Assembly: GCA_947628165.1 (NCBI GenBank)
Contig: CANQYV010000004.1
Span: forward strand, 1 to 57,743
Reading direction: 5' to 3'
DNA: 57,743 nt
DNA from: an uncultured Clostridia bacterium
GTDB taxonomy: Bacteria; Bacillota; Clostridia; Oscillospirales; CAG-272
Shown: piece after piece, positions 56,420 through 57,743 of the stretch
Layout of the letters: every line of letters begins with the position of its first letter
How positions within the stretch are numbered: position 1 is the first letter of the stretch
Program-made: the position numbers and the translations under genes
The notes under the pieces: model-generated
Seen by the model: the letters and a program-made list of their open reading frames with translations, nothing else
The model's database searches: none
Told to the model about the DNA's origin: nothing

Positions 56420-57496
56420 ATGAAGGTTGGAATCTTGTCAATGCAACGTGTCATAAATTATGGGTCATTTTGGCAAGCATACTTATTAAAAAAAATATTA
56501 GAGGACAAAGGAAATAAAATTGAGTTTATTGATATACTGCCGGGCAAGGAATTATGCAAGTATAAGGCAAGAAAGTTTGATATAAAAAAAATAAAATATT
56601 ACCTTTCTTTTCGTTTCCAAAAACGGCAGGCCTTTAATTCTTTTTTTTCAGATATGCTTGGGGTGGCGTCATCACCTAATTTCTCATCAGAATACGATCG
56701 AATAATAATCGGCAGCGATGAGGTTTTTAATTTTGCTCAGCCCTCACCGTGGGGGTTTTCTCCGCAACTTCATGGCGCAATAGATAACGAAAATGTTAGT
56801 TCATATGCAGCGTCATTTGGTTCAGCAACATTAGAAGATGTAGAGAGATACGGATTACGAGACGAACTTGTTGCTGCAATGTCGAATCTCAGACACATTT
56901 CTGTTAGGGACAAAAATTCCTATGATATAACGAAAGAACTTCTCCCAGATGCTAAAGTGTATCTTCATTTTGATCCGGTCTTAGTTGGAGATCTTCCTGT
57001 ACCTGAAAGACAAGACGTTGATAAAAAATATATCGTCATTTATGCATATAATTTCAGATTTAACGATAAGGATCTCATAACGGAAATTAGGAAATTTGCA
57101 AAACAAAATGGATTTAAGATATATTCAGTAGGCTTTTATCAGAGTTGGGTTGATAAAAATATTGTCGTCGATCCATATCAAATTCTTCAGTACTTCGTGA
57201 ATGCGGAATACATAATCACAGACACGTTCCATGGTACAATTTTTTCTGTTAGATGTCATAAAAAATTTGCAACAGTCATACGGGACGGTGCAAGCGGAAA
57301 TAGGCAAAAGCTGTCTTCGCTTTTGAACGACCTTAAACTCGGCGAAAGGGAGCTTGTGAGAGCGAAGGATTTTGAAAAGACCCTTACGACGGAAATTGAT
57401 TATAATTCGGTTGACGAAATACTGAATAGAGAAAAAAATAAAGCTCAAAGATACCTTGATATGTGCCTTTATGGAGAACCTTACGAAGAGGAGTAA
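56420..57496 (+). CDS. Polysaccharide pyruvyl transferase family protein
   Basis: NYGS.WQ, GSDEV.N, SYAASFG, ISVRD, DP, TDTFHGT. Confidence 0.85.
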   Translation: MKVGILSMQRVINYGSFWQAYLLKKILEDKGNKIEFIDILPGKELCKYKARKFDIKKIKYYLSFRFQKRQAFNSFFSDMLGVASSPNFSSEYDRIIIGSDEVFNFAQPSPWGFSPQLHGAIDNENVSSYAASFGSATLEDVERYGLRDELVAAMSNLRHISVRDKNSYDITKELLPDAKVYLHFDPVLVGDLPVPERQDVDKKYIVIYAYNFRFNDKDLITEIRKFAKQNGFKIYSVGFYQSWVDKNIVVDPYQILQYFVNAEYIITDTFHGTIFSVRCHKKFATVIRDGASGNRQKLSSLLNDLKLGERELVRAKDFEKTLTTEIDYNSVDEILNREKNKAQRYLDMCLYGEPYEEE

Positions 57497-57743
57497 TATA
57501 AGGAGCACACTAAATATCACAGTATTTTCAAACAAAACACATATTATTTTCTTATTAAAAAGAGAAATGGAGACAATTTGTGTATACAGAACTTAGATCA
57601 TATCAGATAATCATATCTCTGTTGAAAAAGTACGGGATAAGCCGGTGCGTTTTGTCTGCAGGAAGCCGGAATGTGCCGTTCGTCCATTCTGTCGAAACGG
57701 ACAGCTATTTCAACTGCTATTCTGTTGTCGACGAGAGAAGCGC

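Noticed and set aside
56584-56648. A8 and T8 tracts in the pyruvyl transferase gene as phase-variation sites
   Set aside because: Expected in AT-rich DNA and the frame is intact
57497-57743. Next gene or remnant at the window end
   Set aside because: Only short ORFs; cannot be assigned
1-57743. CRISPR array, rRNA/tRNA, IS, integrase or prophage genes
   Set aside because: No regularly spaced repeats, RNA-gene signatures or recombinase/transposase motifs seen; the XRE and ThyX-like genes lack any phage context

Overview
Chromosomal segment of a spore-forming Clostridia-type Firmicute (spo0A, spoIIE, spoIIQ-like, ctsR-mcsA-mcsB-clpC, sigmaA promoters). Positions 1-45.8 kb are mostly GC-rich core genome. 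They carry a three-gene phosphorelay/c-di-GMP operon (REC-HD-GYP-GGDEF, free Hpt, double-receiver hybrid kinase), class II UvrA plus a NYN nuclease, ytvI, spoIIE, hflKC, tadA, TauE/LOG/GDSL/rnz, xpt with a nucleoside ABC transporter, the CtsR operon with a clear double CtsR box, TetR-CAAX-MFS, a VTC/DUF4956/DUF4097 trio, spo0A, a divergent ThyX-like gene, an M23 peptidase, a flavodoxin/HxlR cassette and a GH43/DUF2264 sugar cluster. From ~45.9 kb to the end lies a visibly AT-richer surface-polysaccharide locus. It has an XRE regulator with triple operator-like boxes, two decayed and one intact priming glycosyltransferase, an acetyltransferase frameshifted at a G9 tract (candidate phase variation) and a TagF-like transferase with an apparent non-ATG start. 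It also has an unusual RpiB-IspD/TarI-SDR-DXS module, probably making a non-standard CDP-(deoxy)alditol building block, which is the best candidate for an undescribed system. No rRNA, tRNA, CRISPR array, integrase or transposase was recognised. All family calls come from motif recognition by eye; no database search or GC calculation was run.
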